Positions 1 through 12,649 of a stretch of 64,000 nt of DNA are shown in pieces. Source of the stretch: an uncultured Acidobacteriota bacterium. Its GTDB lineage: Bacteria; Acidobacteriota; Vicinamibacteria; Vicinamibacterales; JAKQTR01. Position 1 is the first letter of the stretch. The number at the start of each line of letters is the position of its first letter. The notes under the pieces are model-generated. The model did not search any database, was not told where the DNA came from, and saw nothing but the letters and a program-made list of their open reading frames with translations. The DNA is taken from assembly GCA_963817885.1 (NCBI GenBank), contig CAWFQE010000004.1, positions 294,064 to 358,063 of the forward strand, in the 5' to 3' direction. Both the position numbers and the translations under genes were made by a program.

Positions 1-1
1 T

Positions 2-1255
2 TTCGTAGCGCCCGCTGAACTGCAGCCACGGATAGATCATGTAATCAGCCTGCGCGAAGAGGGAGTGGTAGCCGGGTGTCACTTCCTGCAGCGGCGCCGC
101 CGTGGCCTGGTCGAATTGCTGAAGCGTGTCGGTGCCGTGCAGGTAAACCCCGAACACGTTGAGGTCGCCGATGAACACGCTGGCGTAGATCCCGGTTCGC
201 AGGAAGTGCCGATCCTGCACGTTCACGTTGGTCCCATCTTCGGCGACCAGCGGGAAGTTGATGTCGCTGCCGTCGCCGTGGTACACGAACGCCCCCACGC
301 GCAGCGAGTCGTCGCGCCAGTTCTGGGACGGTACCGCCCTGTTGCCGTTGTAGCCGTCGAGCCCCATGCCGCCGATCTTCACGTCGAATCGCGCGTAGAG
401 GTCCTTGGCGCTGTTCCCGTCGAACCGCCCGTTCGGGCCCGGCGAGATGCCGTTGGCCAGCCCGGCGACCCACAAGGCGCGATGCTCGATGATCCCGTAG
501 GCCTCGATGCCCTGGACGTGCGCCGGCAGCGAGATCGGCGCCGGGCTCATGTCGCCGGCGAGCCCCGTGCCCCCCGCGAGTCCAATCGGGTTGTAGGCGA
601 ACAGCGTGTCGATGCCGGCGTCGGTCGCGATCCACATCTCCTGGAACCCGTCGGCGATGTTCGGCGCGAACTTGCCGATCCGGATGTGCAGCAGATCCTC
701 GGGGCCGAACGGAGAATCGAACTGGAACCGGGCGTGTTCGATCTCGATCGCCGCCGACGAATCGGGATTCTCCGACACGGTGAGCTCGGTGAAGAACGAC
801 GCGGAGTCCCCGAGTGTGCCCGCGCCGAACAGGTTCACTTCCTGTGGAAACTGCAGGTCGTTGCCAACCTTGGTGATGGTGCCATCCTCGTTGAGCGTCG
901 AGGTGTTCACGTCGGCGAACTTGACGTTCACGGCCAGCGGGACGGCGCCGGGGAGCTCGCCGGGCCACACGGCGTTCGGCCAGAGCCTCTTGTAGGCGGG
1001 GGCCCCGAGGCTGACCGGCTTCTCCTTCACCATGTCCTCGGATTCGTTCGGCATGTGATAGCCGCGCAGGCGGAACGCCTCGCCGAAGGCATTGAGCTTC
1101 GGGAAGATGCTGTGGCACGTCTGGCAGCTGGTCTGGTACTTGCGGGCGAAGGCGGGAACCGCCTCGGCTGAAGTCGCACAAAGCAGCAGGCCCCCGAGAA
1201 CGAGGGCCGCGGCCGAGCAGAAGATTCGATGAAGCAACACCGGACGCCAGTTCAT
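2..1255 (-). CDS. secreted protein with an N-terminal CxxCH haem-c motif and a long beta-rich region; the 3' end runs off the window
   Basis: My own minus-strand translation from the ATG at 1255-1253 gives MNWRPVLLHRIFCSAAALVLGGLLLCATSAEAVPAFARKYQTSCQTCHSIFPKLNAFGEAFRLRGYHM... It has a signal-peptide-like N-terminus and a single CQTCH, and stays open to position 2. It is absent from the ORF track because it has no stop. The listed 45..1313(-) and 65..1171(+) are other frames with Arg/Pro-rich junk composition. Confidence 0.6.
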   Translation of the reverse strand, partial: MNWRPVLLHRIFCSAAALVLGGLLLCATSAEAVPAFARKYQTSCQTCHSIFPKLNAFGEAFRLRGYHMPNESEDMVKEKPVSLGAPAYKRLWPNAVWPGELPGAVPLAVNVKFADVNTSTLNEDGTITKVGNDLQFPQEVNLFGAGTLGDSASFFTELTVSENPDSSAAIEIEHARFQFDSPFGPEDLLHIRIGKFAPNIADGFQEMWIATDAGIDTLFAYNPIGLAGGTGLAGDMSPAPISLPAHVQGIEAYGIIEHRALWVAGLANGISPGPNGRFDGNSAKDLYARFDVKIGGMGLDGYNGNRAVPSQNWRDDSLRVGAFVYHGDGSDINFPLVAEDGTNVNVQDRHFLRTGIYASVFIGDLNVFGVYLHGTDTLQQFDQATAAPLQEVTPGYHSLFAQADYMIYPWLQFSGRYE

Positions 1256-1308
1256 AGTCGGGTCCTATCGCAGGTGGTCCCAACAGGGACAGGGACATCG
1301 GTACACTG

Positions 1309-1324
1309 AGCAATAAGCTCGCCC
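1309..1324 (-). promoter_or_regulatory. candidate sigma-54 (-24/-12) promoter for the CxxCH gene
   Basis: The minus strand reads GGGCGAG-CTTA-TTGCT. The GG and TGC elements have the spacing of the TGGCACG-N4-TTGCW consensus. The site is about 50 nt upstream of the ATG at 1255 and directly downstream of a sigma-54 activator gene. Only 4 of 7 positions of the -24 box match. Confidence 0.35.
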
Positions 1325-1458
1325 TATTCGCACGCGCAGCCTGCCAGACGATAAGTTCAGCTGTGACTGTATGTTACGGATTGGTGCGGAGCGCCGGGCC
1401 CCGAGCGCCAAGATGAAGGCCTTGTAAGATAATCGGACATAGTACCGGCTTAATCAGA

Positions 1459-2860
1459 TCATGGCCGACGGAATGGCAGTGTCTTGATTCCGGACACATC
1501 GGAGGGCCCGCCAAGCAGTTCGAGCTTGCGGTAGAGCGTGTCGCGGGAGATACCCAGCAATTGTGCCGCCTGGCGCTTGTTGCCATGGGCCCGCTCGAGC
1601 GCTTCCCGGATGGCCCAGGCTTCCAGCTCGTCGAGGCGCACCGGCAGCACGGCCCGGCCGGCTTCAAGTTCCTCGGCGATGCCGCGGCGTCGCATCCACG
1701 CCCTGACCTGGTCCAGGCGGATGGTCGAGTGACCGGCCGGGAGCACGGCCGCGATGCCCTCGATCAGGTTCTCCAGCTCGCGCACGTTTCCCGGGAAACC
1801 GGTCCTCGGCCAGCAGATCGAGAGCCGCCTCGTCGATGCCGTCGATGGGAACTCCGCGCTCTCGCAGCCTGGCGAGGAACGCGTCGACCAGCAGCGGCAG
1901 GTCGTCGATTCGCGCCCGCAGCGGCGGGACGTCCAGCACGACGACCGACAGCCGGAAGAAGAGGTCCTGCCGGATGAGCCCGCGGCTCATCTCGACCAGC
2001 GTCCGGTTGGTGGCGGCGATGATCCGCACATCGACCCGGCGGCTGTCGAGGCCCCCGACCGGGCGGACTTCGCCGTCCTGCAGCACCCGCAGCAGCTTGG
2101 GCTGTGCCTCGGCCGGCAGCTCCGAGATCTCGTCGAGGAACAGCGTCCCGCCGTCGGCCGCGACGAACAGGCCCGCGTGGTCCTTGTGCGCGCCCGAGAA
2201 GGCGCCGCGCCGGTGTCCGAACAGTTCGCTCTCGAAGAGGTCACGCGGCAGCGCCGCGCAGTTGACGGGAACGAACGGCTTCGGCGCGCGCCGGCTGCTG
2301 GCGTGAATCGCCCGGGCAATCAGCTCCTTGCCCGTGCCGGTCTCGCCCGAGATGAGGATCGGCGTATCGTTGCGCGCCACGGCGGCGGCGCGGTCGAACA
2401 GCGGCTGCATGGACGCCGACCGGCTGACGATCCGATCGAAGGGGCCCGTCTCGAACGAGCCGTGCCTGGATCTGTCGAGCCGGCCATGGAGATCGGTCGC
2501 GTCGAGCAGCGCCGCAATCTCGGCGAGCAGGGCCTCGTCGGCATACGGAAGCGGGACGAAGTTCGCGGCGCCATGACGCATCACGTCGGTCGCGTGTGCC
2601 ACCGTCGCGTGGTCGCTCAGGAACAGCACCTTGAGATCGGGCCGGCGGGCCAGCACGGCGTCGAGCAGATTGAGCGCTAGCCGGTCCCAGGGGCCGGTGT
2701 CGGCCAGGAGCATCACGCGGAGGGACGGCCGGCGAACCAGCGAATTCAGGACCTCGAGCGGCAGCCCGGTTGTCGCAACCCAAGGCTGACTCGCCAGAAG
2801 TGCCGAGAGGCTGGTCCGCAGCTCATCATCCGCGGCGGCGATCGAAATCCGCGGTTCCAA
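1459..2860 (-). pseudogene. sigma-54-dependent response regulator (NtrC/Fis family), split by a 1-nt frameshift that may be an assembly indel
   Basis: ORFs 1664..2860 and 1459..1785 are one gene. It has a receiver-like N-terminus, an AAA+ core with GETGTGKE and GAFSGA (a GAFTGA variant), then ...DRFPG | [11 protein letters not shown]..., and a C-terminal Fis-type HTH (QAAQLLGISRDTLYRKL). The conserved [10 protein letters not shown] block is broken by one extra A: GGGAAACGTG is present where GGGAACGTG restores the frame (plus-strand TTT at 1787-1789). Confidence 0.85.
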
Positions 2861-3031
2861 GTACGGCCTCAGTACCCTTCCGGCAGGAGATCTTCAGACT
2901 ATCACGAGTGCCGGCCGGGCACGGCAAATGCGCAGGATCCGCCCCGTCCTGCGCACACCTCCACGCGGGTCTCGGCGTGGTCCCCGTCGGACCAGCGCTG
3001 AAGCCTGGTCTCCAGCCCCGAGCCTATGGCC

Positions 3032-3754
3032 TTACTTGACCGCGGGGGCGCTCGAGGCGTTGTGCGGAGCGAACTTCCGCAGGATGTCCACCAGATGACG
3101 GCCCGACTCCGGAATCGGGATCGACTCGTCGGTGAGGATGCGCCGCGCCGCGAACTGTCGCCCGTACAATTCCCGGTTGGCGTCATCGTCCGGGCGAAGC
3201 GATGTGCCCGCGAGCGAGATTCCCGCAAACAACCCGCGCGTGCGGGAGTAGCTCAGGATGTCGGCGCGGAACGTCGCGTTGGTCGCGGCCGTCGCCTCGC
3301 GGCCCTTCGGGCCTGCGGCCGCCGATGCGTTGGCCCCCAGCGTCACCTTGCTCTTGAGCAGCGCGTCGGCGCCGCGGCTGTTCATGACCAGGAGCACAAA
3401 GTCCGTCGCTTCGCCGCCGAGCTGCCAGCCGACGCTCACGCTCTCGAGCGTGTACATCGCCGGTGCGCCCCACGGCCCGTCGAACGCCTTGCCAGACCGG
3501 CAGACCATCGCACCCCTGCCGTAGCTGCCCCCGACGCCGACGGCCACCTTCACCGTCGACGGAATCACGATCACGCACTCGGCTTTGTCCAGCAGGTCGT
3601 GTGGAATGTCGTCCGGAATATTGAGGATCTCCTCCATCACGGTCCCGCAGTTGTCGAGCCGGTTCTGGACTTTGTCCGTCTCCTTGTTCTGAGCGCCGAG
3701 GACGGCCACACTGCCGACCAGGCATACGCTCAATGCGATCACATGTCGATCCAT
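3032..3754 (-). CDS. SYLF (Ysc84-like) lipid-binding domain protein, secreted or lipid-anchored
   Basis: This is ORF 3032..3838 trimmed to the ATG at 3754 (MDRHVIALSVCLVGSVAVLGAQ..., signal-like). The body VIVIPSTVKVAVGVGGSYGRGAMVCR...GWQLGGEATDFVLLVMN...FAGISLAGTSL matches my recollection of the SYLF/DUF500 family. Confidence 0.7.
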   Translation of the reverse strand: MDRHVIALSVCLVGSVAVLGAQNKETDKVQNRLDNCGTVMEEILNIPDDIPHDLLDKAECVIVIPSTVKVAVGVGGSYGRGAMVCRSGKAFDGPWGAPAMYTLESVSVGWQLGGEATDFVLLVMNSRGADALLKSKVTLGANASAAAGPKGREATAATNATFRADILSYSRTRGLFAGISLAGTSLRPDDDANRELYGRQFAARRILTDESIPIPESGRHLVDILRKFAPHNASSAPAVK

Positions 3755-4060
3755 TGCGTCACCTCGTTGGACTGCCGATGTCGAACCGGGACGTGCACGA
3801 CACGCCGCCGCCCGAGCCCCCGGGGATGGCGTGTGCACGGTGGAATCCGCGCGATGAGCAGGAGGTGGACCCCAGCCAGGATGGCATCGCTCCGGAGAGG
3901 TCCCAACCGCGCCATCCTCACATAATCGCAGCCCGTCGCGGGCGGATCAAGATGGGCTGCCGACGGATCGGCAGGCTCCCGCCGTTATAGGGATTTTGTG
4001 GGCGATTTCGAGCCCGGAAGGACGTGACAGCGCGTGGCGTTCTGTCGAGGGCGCGGGCGG

Positions 4061-4459
4061 TCAGTGCTCCCGGCCCTCGCCCCAGAAATTCAAGCTGCGG
4101 TCCAGGGCGTGTTCGCCGTACGAACGCACCCGCTCAGCCGTGATGAAGTAGCTGGCATGGCGTCCGAAGACCCGGGAGAAGGCCACGGTCCCCGTCGAAC
4201 CGCCCCTCGAACTGAATCGGATCTCCGCCAGGGCGGGATCGTGAGCGGACGTCAGGTCACAACTGCACACCGGGCAGCTGAACATGACGCTATCCTCGGG
4301 CCGCAGCCCGAACCCGTCGGGGATGACGACCTCGTAGTTGCCGGGCCGTGGGCTGAAGAGGAACAGCCCCGTCCGGCCGTTCGATTGTGCGCGCAGCACG
4401 ATCTTGGTGCTCGGGTTGAGTACGGCCTTGCAGTGCGGGCACAGATAGATGCGTTTCAT
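4061..4459 (-). CDS. hypothetical small protein with two CxxC pairs (zinc-ribbon-like)
   Basis: 132-aa ORF MKRIYLCPHCKAVL...FSCPVCSCDL... It has ordinary amino-acid composition, unlike the antisense junk ORFs, and an ATG start. It lies 60 nt downstream of ilvC on the same strand. I do not recognise a family. Confidence 0.5.
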   Translation of the reverse strand: MKRIYLCPHCKAVLNPSTKIVLRAQSNGRTGLFLFSPRPGNYEVVIPDGFGLRPEDSVMFSCPVCSCDLTSAHDPALAEIRFSSRGGSTGTVAFSRVFGRHASYFITAERVRSYGEHALDRSLNFWGEGREH

Positions 4460-4519
4460 CCTCGACCTGCCTTCTTCGCTGTACGACGAACGATGCCCCG
4501 CGGCCTCTTTCAGGGCGCC

Positions 4520-5539
4520 TCAGCTGGTCTGTGCGTCGGCGCCGACCGGCTTGAGGAACGGCATCAGCGCCCGGAGGCGCGCGCCGACCTGCTCGATGGT
4601 GTGCGTGCGCTCGTTCTCGCGCGCCTTCGTGAACCACGGTCGGCCCGTTTCGTTCTCCTCGATCCACCGTTTCGCGTAGGTGCCGTTGCGGATCTCGTCG
4701 AGCAGTCTTCTCATCTCCTGGCGCGTCGCATCCGTGACGATGCGCGGTCCGCCCGTGTAGTCTCCGTGCTCGGCGGTATCGCTGACCGAGTAGCGCATGT
4801 AGTTCAGGCCGCCCTGGTAGATGAGATCGACGATCAGCTTGAGCTCGTGGAGGCACTCGAAGTACGCGATCTCGGGCTGGTACCCGGCCTCGACCAGCGT
4901 CTCGAACCCCGCCTTGATGAGTGCGCTCACCCCGCCGCACAGGACCGCCTGCTCGCCGAACAGGTCCGTCTCGGTCTCTTCGGCGAAGGTCGTTTCGAGC
5001 ACGCCAGCCCGCGTGACGCCGATGCCCTTCGCGTACGACAGGGTCAAGGGCCGTGCCCGGCCGGACGGATCCTGATGGATGGCGAACAGGGCGGGGGTGC
5101 CGGCGCCTTCCACGTACAACTCCCTGACCCGGTGCCCGGGCGACTTCGGCGCCACCATGGACACGTCGACGTCGGGGCGAATCGCAATCGTGCCGAACCG
5201 GATATTGAAGCCGTGGGCGAACATCACGAGATTGCCCGCCGCGAGGTTCGGCTCGATCTCTTCACGGAAGACCTTCGGCTGCGAGGTGTCGGGTACCAGG
5301 ATCATGACGAGGTCCGCCCACTTCGCGATCTCGCGCACCTCGCCGACGTTCAGGCCGGCGGCCTGCGCCCTCTCTCGCGATCGGCTGGCGGCCGGCAGGC
5401 CGACCCGCACCTCGACACCGCTGTCGTGCAGGTTCAGCGCATGGGCGTGGCCCTGGGAGCCGTAGCCGATCACTCCGACTTTTCGGGCCCGGACCGCCGC
5501 CAGGTCGGCGGCATCGTCGTAATACATCCTCGCGACCAT
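4520..5539 (-). CDS. ilvC: ketol-acid reductoisomerase
   Basis: 339 aa with [32 protein letters not shown]...[10 protein letters not shown]...[17 protein letters not shown], the classic class-I IlvC signature. A purine-rich AAGGAA precedes the ATG. Confidence 0.95.
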   Translation of the reverse strand: MVARMYYDDAADLAAVRARKVGVIGYGSQGHAHALNLHDSGVEVRVGLPAASRSRERAQAAGLNVGEVREIAKWADLVMILVPDTSQPKVFREEIEPNLAAGNLVMFAHGFNIRFGTIAIRPDVDVSMVAPKSPGHRVRELYVEGAGTPALFAIHQDPSGRARPLTLSYAKGIGVTRAGVLETTFAEETETDLFGEQAVLCGGVSALIKAGFETLVEAGYQPEIAYFECLHELKLIVDLIYQGGLNYMRYSVSDTAEHGDYTGGPRIVTDATRQEMRRLLDEIRNGTYAKRWIEENETGRPWFTKARENERTHTIEQVGARLRALMPFLKPVGADAQTS

Positions 5540-5626
5540 TTCCTTTTTTCCCTTCTCACGCGCAGCGCAGGTTTCCCGTTCCGCCCTTCAGCGGAGATCG
5601 GCCGCACGACCCGCCCGCGCGTTGTT

Positions 5627-6181
5627 TCACACGGAGCACGAGATGGCAGCCGCGCCGAGCGCTGCCGGTTGAACGTTCCGTTCCGCCACGATCCGGCGGG
5701 CCGGCACCGAGCGGCGCGCCATCGCGACCTGCCCGGTCCTGACCATTTCGAGCACGCCGTACGGCCGCAGCACGTCGACCAGGCTGTCGATCTTCTCCGT
5801 GGTGCCGGTCGTCTCGACGACGAGCGATTCGGGGCCGACGTCGATGACGCGGGCGCGGTACACGTCCACCAGCTGCATCACGTGGGTCCGCGCCTCCCCG
5901 GCGGCCGCCACCTTGATGAGCGCCAGGTCCCGTGAGATCGACGGAAGCGCCGTGATGTTGTCGACGCGGCGGACCGGCACGAGCTTGTTCAGGTGCGCCT
6001 CGAGCCGGCGCGCGCCGTACTCGTCGGTCTCGACCACGACGGTCATCCGCGAGACGCCGGTCGTCTCGGTGTGACCGACGGTCAGCGACTCGATATTGAA
6101 CGCACGGCGGCGGAACAGCGACGCCACGCGGTTCAGCACGCCCGGCTTGTTGTCGACGTATACGGCGAAAGTTTGCAGCAT
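5627..6181 (-). CDS. ilvN: acetolactate synthase small (regulatory) subunit
   Basis: 184 aa, MLQTFAVYVDNKPGVLNRVASLFRRRAFNIESLTVGHTETTGVSRMTVVV, i.e. an ACT domain plus the IlvN C-terminal domain. The ATG at 6181 follows a TAG at 6184-6182. Confidence 0.9.
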   Translation of the reverse strand: MLQTFAVYVDNKPGVLNRVASLFRRRAFNIESLTVGHTETTGVSRMTVVVETDEYGARRLEAHLNKLVPVRRVDNITALPSISRDLALIKVAAAGEARTHVMQLVDVYRARVIDVGPESLVVETTGTTEKIDSLVDVLRPYGVLEMVRTGQVAMARRSVPARRIVAERNVQPAALGAAAISCSV

Positions 6182-7880
<1,699 letters not shown>

Positions 7881-7888
7881 CACGCCGC

Positions 7889-9550
7889 TCACCCCGTCAC
7901 CGCGCCGGTCGACGCCGACGAGACGAGGCGCGCGTACTTCCCGAGCACGCCGGTCGCATATCTCGGCGCGGGGCAACGCCAGGCTTCGAGCCGCGCGGGC
8001 AGGACCTCGGCGGCGCCTTCGAGCTCGAGCGTTCGCGCGGCGACGTCGATGACGATCACATCGCCGTCGCGGACCGCCGCGATGGGTCCTCCGCGGGAGG
8101 CTTCCGGCGACACATGTCCCACCATCAGGCCTCGGGTGGCGCCCGAAAACCGGCCGTCGGTGACCAGGGCCACCGTGTCGCCGAGGCCCGCACCCATGAG
8201 CGCTCCCGTGACGGCGAGCATCTCGCGCATGCCGGGGCCGCCGTTGGGGCCTTCGTATCGAATCACCACCACGTCGCCCGGCCTGACCTTCTGGCGCTGC
8301 ACGGCGTCGAACGCGGCTTCTTCGCTGTCGAACACGCGCGCAGGCCCGCGATGGTGGACCCGGCCGGTGCCCGAGACTTTCATGACCGCGCCCTCCGGCG
8401 CGAGGCTTCCGCGCAGGATGACGAGACCGCCCGACTTGCTCAGGGCCTGCCCGACGGGCCGCACGACCTGCTGGCCCGGCGTTTCGACCGCCTCTGCCGC
8501 CTCCTCGCCGATCGAACGGCCCGTCACCGTTGGCGCGGATCCATCGATGAAGCCCGCCTCGACCAGGCGCCTGGCGATGAGCGTGCTGCCGCCGGCCGCG
8601 TGCAGATCGGTCGCCACGAAACGGCCGGAGGGCTTGAGATCGGCCAGCAGGGGAACCTGTGAGCTGACGCGATCGATGTCCGAGAGTGACAGATCGACCC
8701 CGGCCTCGTGAGCGATGGCCGTGAGGTGCAGGACGGCGTTGGTCGATCCTCCCGTGGTCGCCACCGCCGCGATCGCGTGCTCGAGCGAACGGCGCGTGAT
8801 GATGTCCCGCGGGCGCCGGCCCTCGCGAACCAGCTGCATGACCTGCTCGCCGGCGCGGCGCGCCCGGCGGATCTTGGCCGGAGCGACGGCCGGCACGCTG
8901 CCGCTGCCGAGCGCGGCGATGCCGAGGAACTCGCACGCGATCGCCATCGTGTTCGCCGTGAACTGGCCGCCGCACGCGCCCGATCCGGGGCAGGCGGCCG
9001 ATTCCAGCCCGGAGAGATCGCCGTCACTCAACCGTCCGGCGGCGTGGGCGCCGACCGCCTCGAACACGTCCTGGACCGTCACGTCCGAATCGTTCCAGCG
9101 GCCGGGCTCGATCGATCCGCCGTAGATCACGAGGCCCGGGACGTTCAGCCGCGTGAGCGCCATCACCGCGGCGGGTATGGTCTTGTCGCAGCCGACCAGG
9201 ACGACCAGGCCGTCGAAGCCGTAGCCGCGGACCACCAGCTCGATCGAGTCGGCGATCACCTCGCGGCTGACGAGCGAGGTCCGCATGCCCTCGGTGCCCA
9301 TGGTGATGCCGTCGGAGATCGAGACCGTGTTGAACTCCATCGGCGTGCCGCCGGCGGCCCGGATCCCGTCCTTCACGTGCACGGCCAGGTCGCGCAGGTG
9401 AAAATTGCACGGACCGATCTCGATCCACGTGTTCGCCACGCCGATGAGGGGCTTCTTCAGGTCCGCGTCCGAGAAGCCCACGGCCTTGAGCATGGCCCGG
9501 GCCGGCGCCCGGTGCGGCCCCGTGGTCAGCGGATTGGCCCAATCGCTCAT
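7889..9550 (-). CDS. ilvD: dihydroxy-acid dehydratase
   Basis: ORF 7889..9709 trimmed to the ATG at 9550 ([26 protein letters not shown]...[16 protein letters not shown]...[14 protein letters not shown]...CDKTIPA...[15 protein letters not shown]). The start overlaps the pheA stop (ATGA at 9550-9547). Confidence 0.95.
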   Translation of the reverse strand: MSDWANPLTTGPHRAPARAMLKAVGFSDADLKKPLIGVANTWIEIGPCNFHLRDLAVHVKDGIRAAGGTPMEFNTVSISDGITMGTEGMRTSLVSREVIADSIELVVRGYGFDGLVVLVGCDKTIPAAVMALTRLNVPGLVIYGGSIEPGRWNDSDVTVQDVFEAVGAHAAGRLSDGDLSGLESAACPGSGACGGQFTANTMAIACEFLGIAALGSGSVPAVAPAKIRRARRAGEQVMQLVREGRRPRDIITRRSLEHAIAAVATTGGSTNAVLHLTAIAHEAGVDLSLSDIDRVSSQVPLLADLKPSGRFVATDLHAAGGSTLIARRLVEAGFIDGSAPTVTGRSIGEEAAEAVETPGQQVVRPVGQALSKSGGLVILRGSLAPEGAVMKVSGTGRVHHRGPARVFDSEEAAFDAVQRQKVRPGDVVVIRYEGPNGGPGMREMLAVTGALMGAGLGDTVALVTDGRFSGATRGLMVGHVSPEASRGGPIAAVRDGDVIVIDVAARTLELEGAAEVLPARLEAWRCPAPRYATGVLGKYARLVSSASTGAVTG

Positions 9551-10392
9551 GATTCCACCCGCTCGGGCCGGGCCGCGCCTTCGCGCGCCCGCCCGTATGA
9601 GCCGAGCGTGCGCACCATCGGGGCGAACTCGGCAAGATGCGCCAGGGCCCGGGCGCACCGCAGGGTCTCGCTCGACGCGGCGAGATCCGCGTAGAAGAGG
9701 TACTCCCACGGGCGGCCCGGGATGGGCCGCGACTCGAGCTTGGTCAGGTCGATGTTGCGCAGCGCGAAGACGCTGAGCGCCTTGAAGAGCGCGCCCGGCT
9801 CGTTCGGCACCGAGAAGACGATGCTGGTCTTGTCGGCGGTCACCGTCTCGATCGGCCGCCGGCCGACGACCAGGAACCGCGTGATGTTGTCGTCGAAGTC
9901 CTGGATGGACGAGGCCAGGGGGACCAGGCCGAAGACCTCGCCCGCCCGCGCCGAGGCGATGGCCGCGGCGTCAGGCAGACCGGCCTCGGCGACCATCTTC
10001 GCGCTGCCCGCCGTGTCGTAGGTGGGGATGATGTCGACGCCGGTCAGCCCCCGCAGGTAGCGCTCGCACTGCGCGAGCGCCTGCGGATGGGAGTACACGC
10101 GCCGCAGGTTCGCGATGGTGGCGCCCTCAAGCGCCAGCATGTGATGGACCACCGGCAGCTCGATCTCCGCGACGATCGGGATCGCGTGCGCGACCAGCAG
10201 GTCGTAGTTCCGATGGATGCTGCCGCCGATCGAGTTCTCGATCGGCACGACGCCGTACTGCGCCGGCCCGAGGTCGGCGGCATCGAAGACCTCCTCGAAG
10301 GTCCGGCACGGCATCAGTGGCGCGTCGGCATCGAGCAGCCGCGCGGCCGCCTCGCTGAACGCGCCCGGCTCGCCCTGGTATGCGATTGGCAT
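9547..10392 (-). CDS. pheA: prephenate dehydratase
   Basis: 281 aa: [15 protein letters not shown]...[11 protein letters not shown]...[11 protein letters not shown]...TRFLVVG...TSIVF...[21 protein letters not shown] (PDT plus ACT domains). It has no chorismate mutase domain. Confidence 0.9.
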   Translation of the reverse strand: MPIAYQGEPGAFSEAAARLLDADAPLMPCRTFEEVFDAADLGPAQYGVVPIENSIGGSIHRNYDLLVAHAIPIVAEIELPVVHHMLALEGATIANLRRVYSHPQALAQCERYLRGLTGVDIIPTYDTAGSAKMVAEAGLPDAAAIASARAGEVFGLVPLASSIQDFDDNITRFLVVGRRPIETVTADKTSIVFSVPNEPGALFKALSVFALRNIDLTKLESRPIPGRPWEYLFYADLAASSETLRCARALAHLAEFAPMVRTLGSYGRAREGAARPERVES

Positions 10393-10570
10393 CGTATCGG
10401 CGATTAGACACGCCGCGGCCGTGGAAAATCAAATCAATAGATATTGGCAAATCATAAGAAAATACAATCTACGCGGTTCATCGCTGCGGGGGACGGGCTT
10501 TTGCCGCGAACCCCGGATCCGCGCGACCGATCCAGTGCGGCCCGCCCGGACCGCCCGGCCCCATCCGGTC

Positions 10571-10576
10571 TACAAT
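10571..10576 (+). promoter_or_regulatory. candidate -10 element (TACAAT) only 10 nt upstream of the leuC ATG
   Basis: The sequence is TACAAT-cgacacgcgc-ATG with no Shine-Dalgarno in between. That would give a leaderless or near-leaderless leuC mRNA. No convincing -35 is present. Confidence 0.3.
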
Positions 10577-10586
10577 CGACACGCGC

Positions 10587-12005
10587 ATGAGTTCAACACT
10601 GCTTCAGAAAGTGTGGGACCTCCACACCGTGCGGCGGCTGCGCAACGGGCAGACGCAGCTCCTCATCGGCCTGCACCTGGTGCACGAGGTGACCAGCCCG
10701 CAGGCGTTCGACATGCTGCGGCTGCGCGCCCGGCGCGTCGCCTTTCCCGGCCGCACCTTCGCGACCATCGACCACATCGTGCCCACCGGCGGGGAAGGAC
10801 GGCCGTATGCCGACGGGATGGCCGAGCAGATGGTCGTGGCGCTCGAGGGCAACTGCCGCGAGTTCGGCATCCCGCTCGTCGGCCCGGCCGGCGCCGAGCA
10901 GGGCATCGTCCACGTGATCGGCCCCGAACTGGGCCTGACGCAGCCCGGGATGACCATCGCGTGCGGCGACAGCCACACCTCCACGCACGGCGCGTTCGGA
11001 TCGGTCGCGTTCGGGATCGGGACCTCGCAGGTCCGCGATGTCCTGGCCTCGCAGTCGCTGGCCATGGAACCGCTGAAGGTCAGGCGGATCAACGTCACGG
11101 GCTCGCTTCGCGCAGGCGTGTACGCCAAGGACGTGGTGCTGGCCATCGTCCGCCGGCTCGGCGTGAACGGCGGCGTGGGCTTCGCGTACGAATACGGCGG
11201 CGCCATCGTCGATGCCATGGGGATGGACGAGCGCATGACCATCTGCAATATGTCGATCGAGGGCGGCGCGCGTGTCGGCTACGTCAATCCTGACGCCACG
11301 ACCTTCGAGTACCTGCGCGGCCGCCGCTTCGTGCCCGCCGGCGAGGCGTTCACTCGCGCGTGCGCCTGGTGGCAGTCGATGGCGTCGGACCCCGGCGCCT
11401 CCTACGAAGATGAGGTGGCCATCGACGGAGCCGGGCTCGGTCCCATCGTCACGTGGGGCATCAACCCCGGGCAGTCGGCCGCTGTCGGGGAGTGCCTGCC
11501 CGTTCCGGGCGAGCAGCCGCCCGAGGAGCGCGCCGCCATCGCCGAGGCGCTGGCGTTCATGGGATTCGAGGCGGGCGCGCGCGTCGCGGGCACGCGCATC
11601 GACGTGGCGTTCATCGGATCGTGCACCAATGGCCGCCTGTCCGACCTGCGCGAGGCCGCGCGGGTCGTGCGCGGGAGGCGGGTGGCGCGTCATGTGCGGG
11701 CCCTGGTGGTTCCAGGATCGCAGGCGGTGCGGCTGGCCGCGGAGCGGGAGGGGCTCCACGATGTCTTCCGGGAGGCCGGGTTCGAGTGGCGGGCCCCGGG
11801 CTGTTCCATGTGCCTGGCGATGAATCCTGACCGGCTGAGCGGCCGGGAACTGTGCGCGTCCTCGTCGAACCGCAATTTCAAGGGCCGCCAGGGCAGCCCG
11901 AACGGCCGGACGCTGCTGATGAGCCCGGCCATGGTGGCCGCGGCGGCGGTTGCCGGGGAAGTGACTGACGTGCGGGGCCTGCTGCCCGGGGAGGAGCACC
12001 AATGA
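10587..12005 (+). CDS. leuC: 3-isopropylmalate dehydratase large subunit
   Basis: 472 aa: LLQKVWDLH...[13 protein letters not shown]...CGDSHT.THGAFG...[11 protein letters not shown]...[10 protein letters not shown] (aconitase-family Fe-S ligands). Confidence 0.95.
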   Translation: MSSTLLQKVWDLHTVRRLRNGQTQLLIGLHLVHEVTSPQAFDMLRLRARRVAFPGRTFATIDHIVPTGGEGRPYADGMAEQMVVALEGNCREFGIPLVGPAGAEQGIVHVIGPELGLTQPGMTIACGDSHTSTHGAFGSVAFGIGTSQVRDVLASQSLAMEPLKVRRINVTGSLRAGVYAKDVVLAIVRRLGVNGGVGFAYEYGGAIVDAMGMDERMTICNMSIEGGARVGYVNPDATTFEYLRGRRFVPAGEAFTRACAWWQSMASDPGASYEDEVAIDGAGLGPIVTWGINPGQSAAVGECLPVPGEQPPEERAAIAEALAFMGFEAGARVAGTRIDVAFIGSCTNGRLSDLREAARVVRGRRVARHVRALVVPGSQAVRLAAEREGLHDVFREAGFEWRAPGCSMCLAMNPDRLSGRELCASSSNRNFKGRQGSPNGRTLLMSPAMVAAAAVAGEVTDVRGLLPGEEHQ

Positions 12006-12625
12006 CGGCGTCATCCGATCCGCAGGTCGTCCGAATCGTGCGTGTCGCCGGCCGCGCGCTGCCGATGCGCGGTGACGACATCGACACCGACCGCATCATG
12101 CCTGCCCGGTTCCTGCGGGCTGTGACCTTTGCCGGCCTCGAGGCTCACCTGTTCGAAGATGATCGCCGGGCCGCTCGGGGCCAGGCCGCGACGCACCCCT
12201 TCGACGACCCGCGCTTCCGCGGCGCGAGCGTCCTCGTGGTGGGGCGCAACTTCGGATGCGGATCGTCACGCGAGCACGCCCCGCAGGCGATCGCGAGATC
12301 CGGTTGTCAGGCGATCGTCGGGGTGTCGTTTGGCGGGATCTTCCTGGGCAACGCGACCTCACTCGGCCTGCCGTGCGTGTCGATGGCGGCATCCGAGCTC
12401 GCCCGGCTGATGGACATGGTCGAAGAAGATCCCGCCACCGAGGTCAGCGTGGATCTCGAGGTGTCGCGCGTCGTAGCGGGACCGGCGGCATGGGCAGCGA
12501 CGCTGCCCGACTCGACGCGCCAGGCCTTCATGGACGGCTCGTGGGACGCCACCGCGGCGCTCACCTCCGACTTCCACGACGTAGAGGCCGCCGCGGCCCG
12601 CCTCCCGTACATCGTCGGTTTCTGA
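12002..12625 (+). CDS. leuD: 3-isopropylmalate dehydratase small subunit
   Basis: 207 aa with [14 protein letters not shown]...[19 protein letters not shown]. There is an ATGA overlap with leuC. Confidence 0.9.
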   Translation: MTASSDPQVVRIVRVAGRALPMRGDDIDTDRIMPARFLRAVTFAGLEAHLFEDDRRAARGQAATHPFDDPRFRGASVLVVGRNFGCGSSREHAPQAIARSGCQAIVGVSFGGIFLGNATSLGLPCVSMAASELARLMDMVEEDPATEVSVDLEVSRVVAGPAAWAATLPDSTRQAFMDGSWDATAALTSDFHDVEAAAARLPYIVGF

Positions 12626-12649
12626 CGCCCCGGGCCCGCTTGCGCCCGG

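Noticed and set aside
45-1313. Listed ORFs 45..1313(-) and 65..1171(+), 422 and 368 aa
   Set aside because: They are Arg/Pro/Gly-rich with no motifs. A third frame on the minus strand gives a normal secreted protein with a CxxCH motif (2..1255). These are the usual spurious long ORFs of high-G+C DNA.
1787-1789. Programmed ribosomal frameshifting at the homopolymer sites (NtrC-like, TonB receptor, peptidase, MTase)
   Set aside because: The sites are unrelated genes. They lack slippery heptamers and downstream structures, and they include both +1 and -1 changes. Indel errors or ordinary mutations are the simpler explanation.
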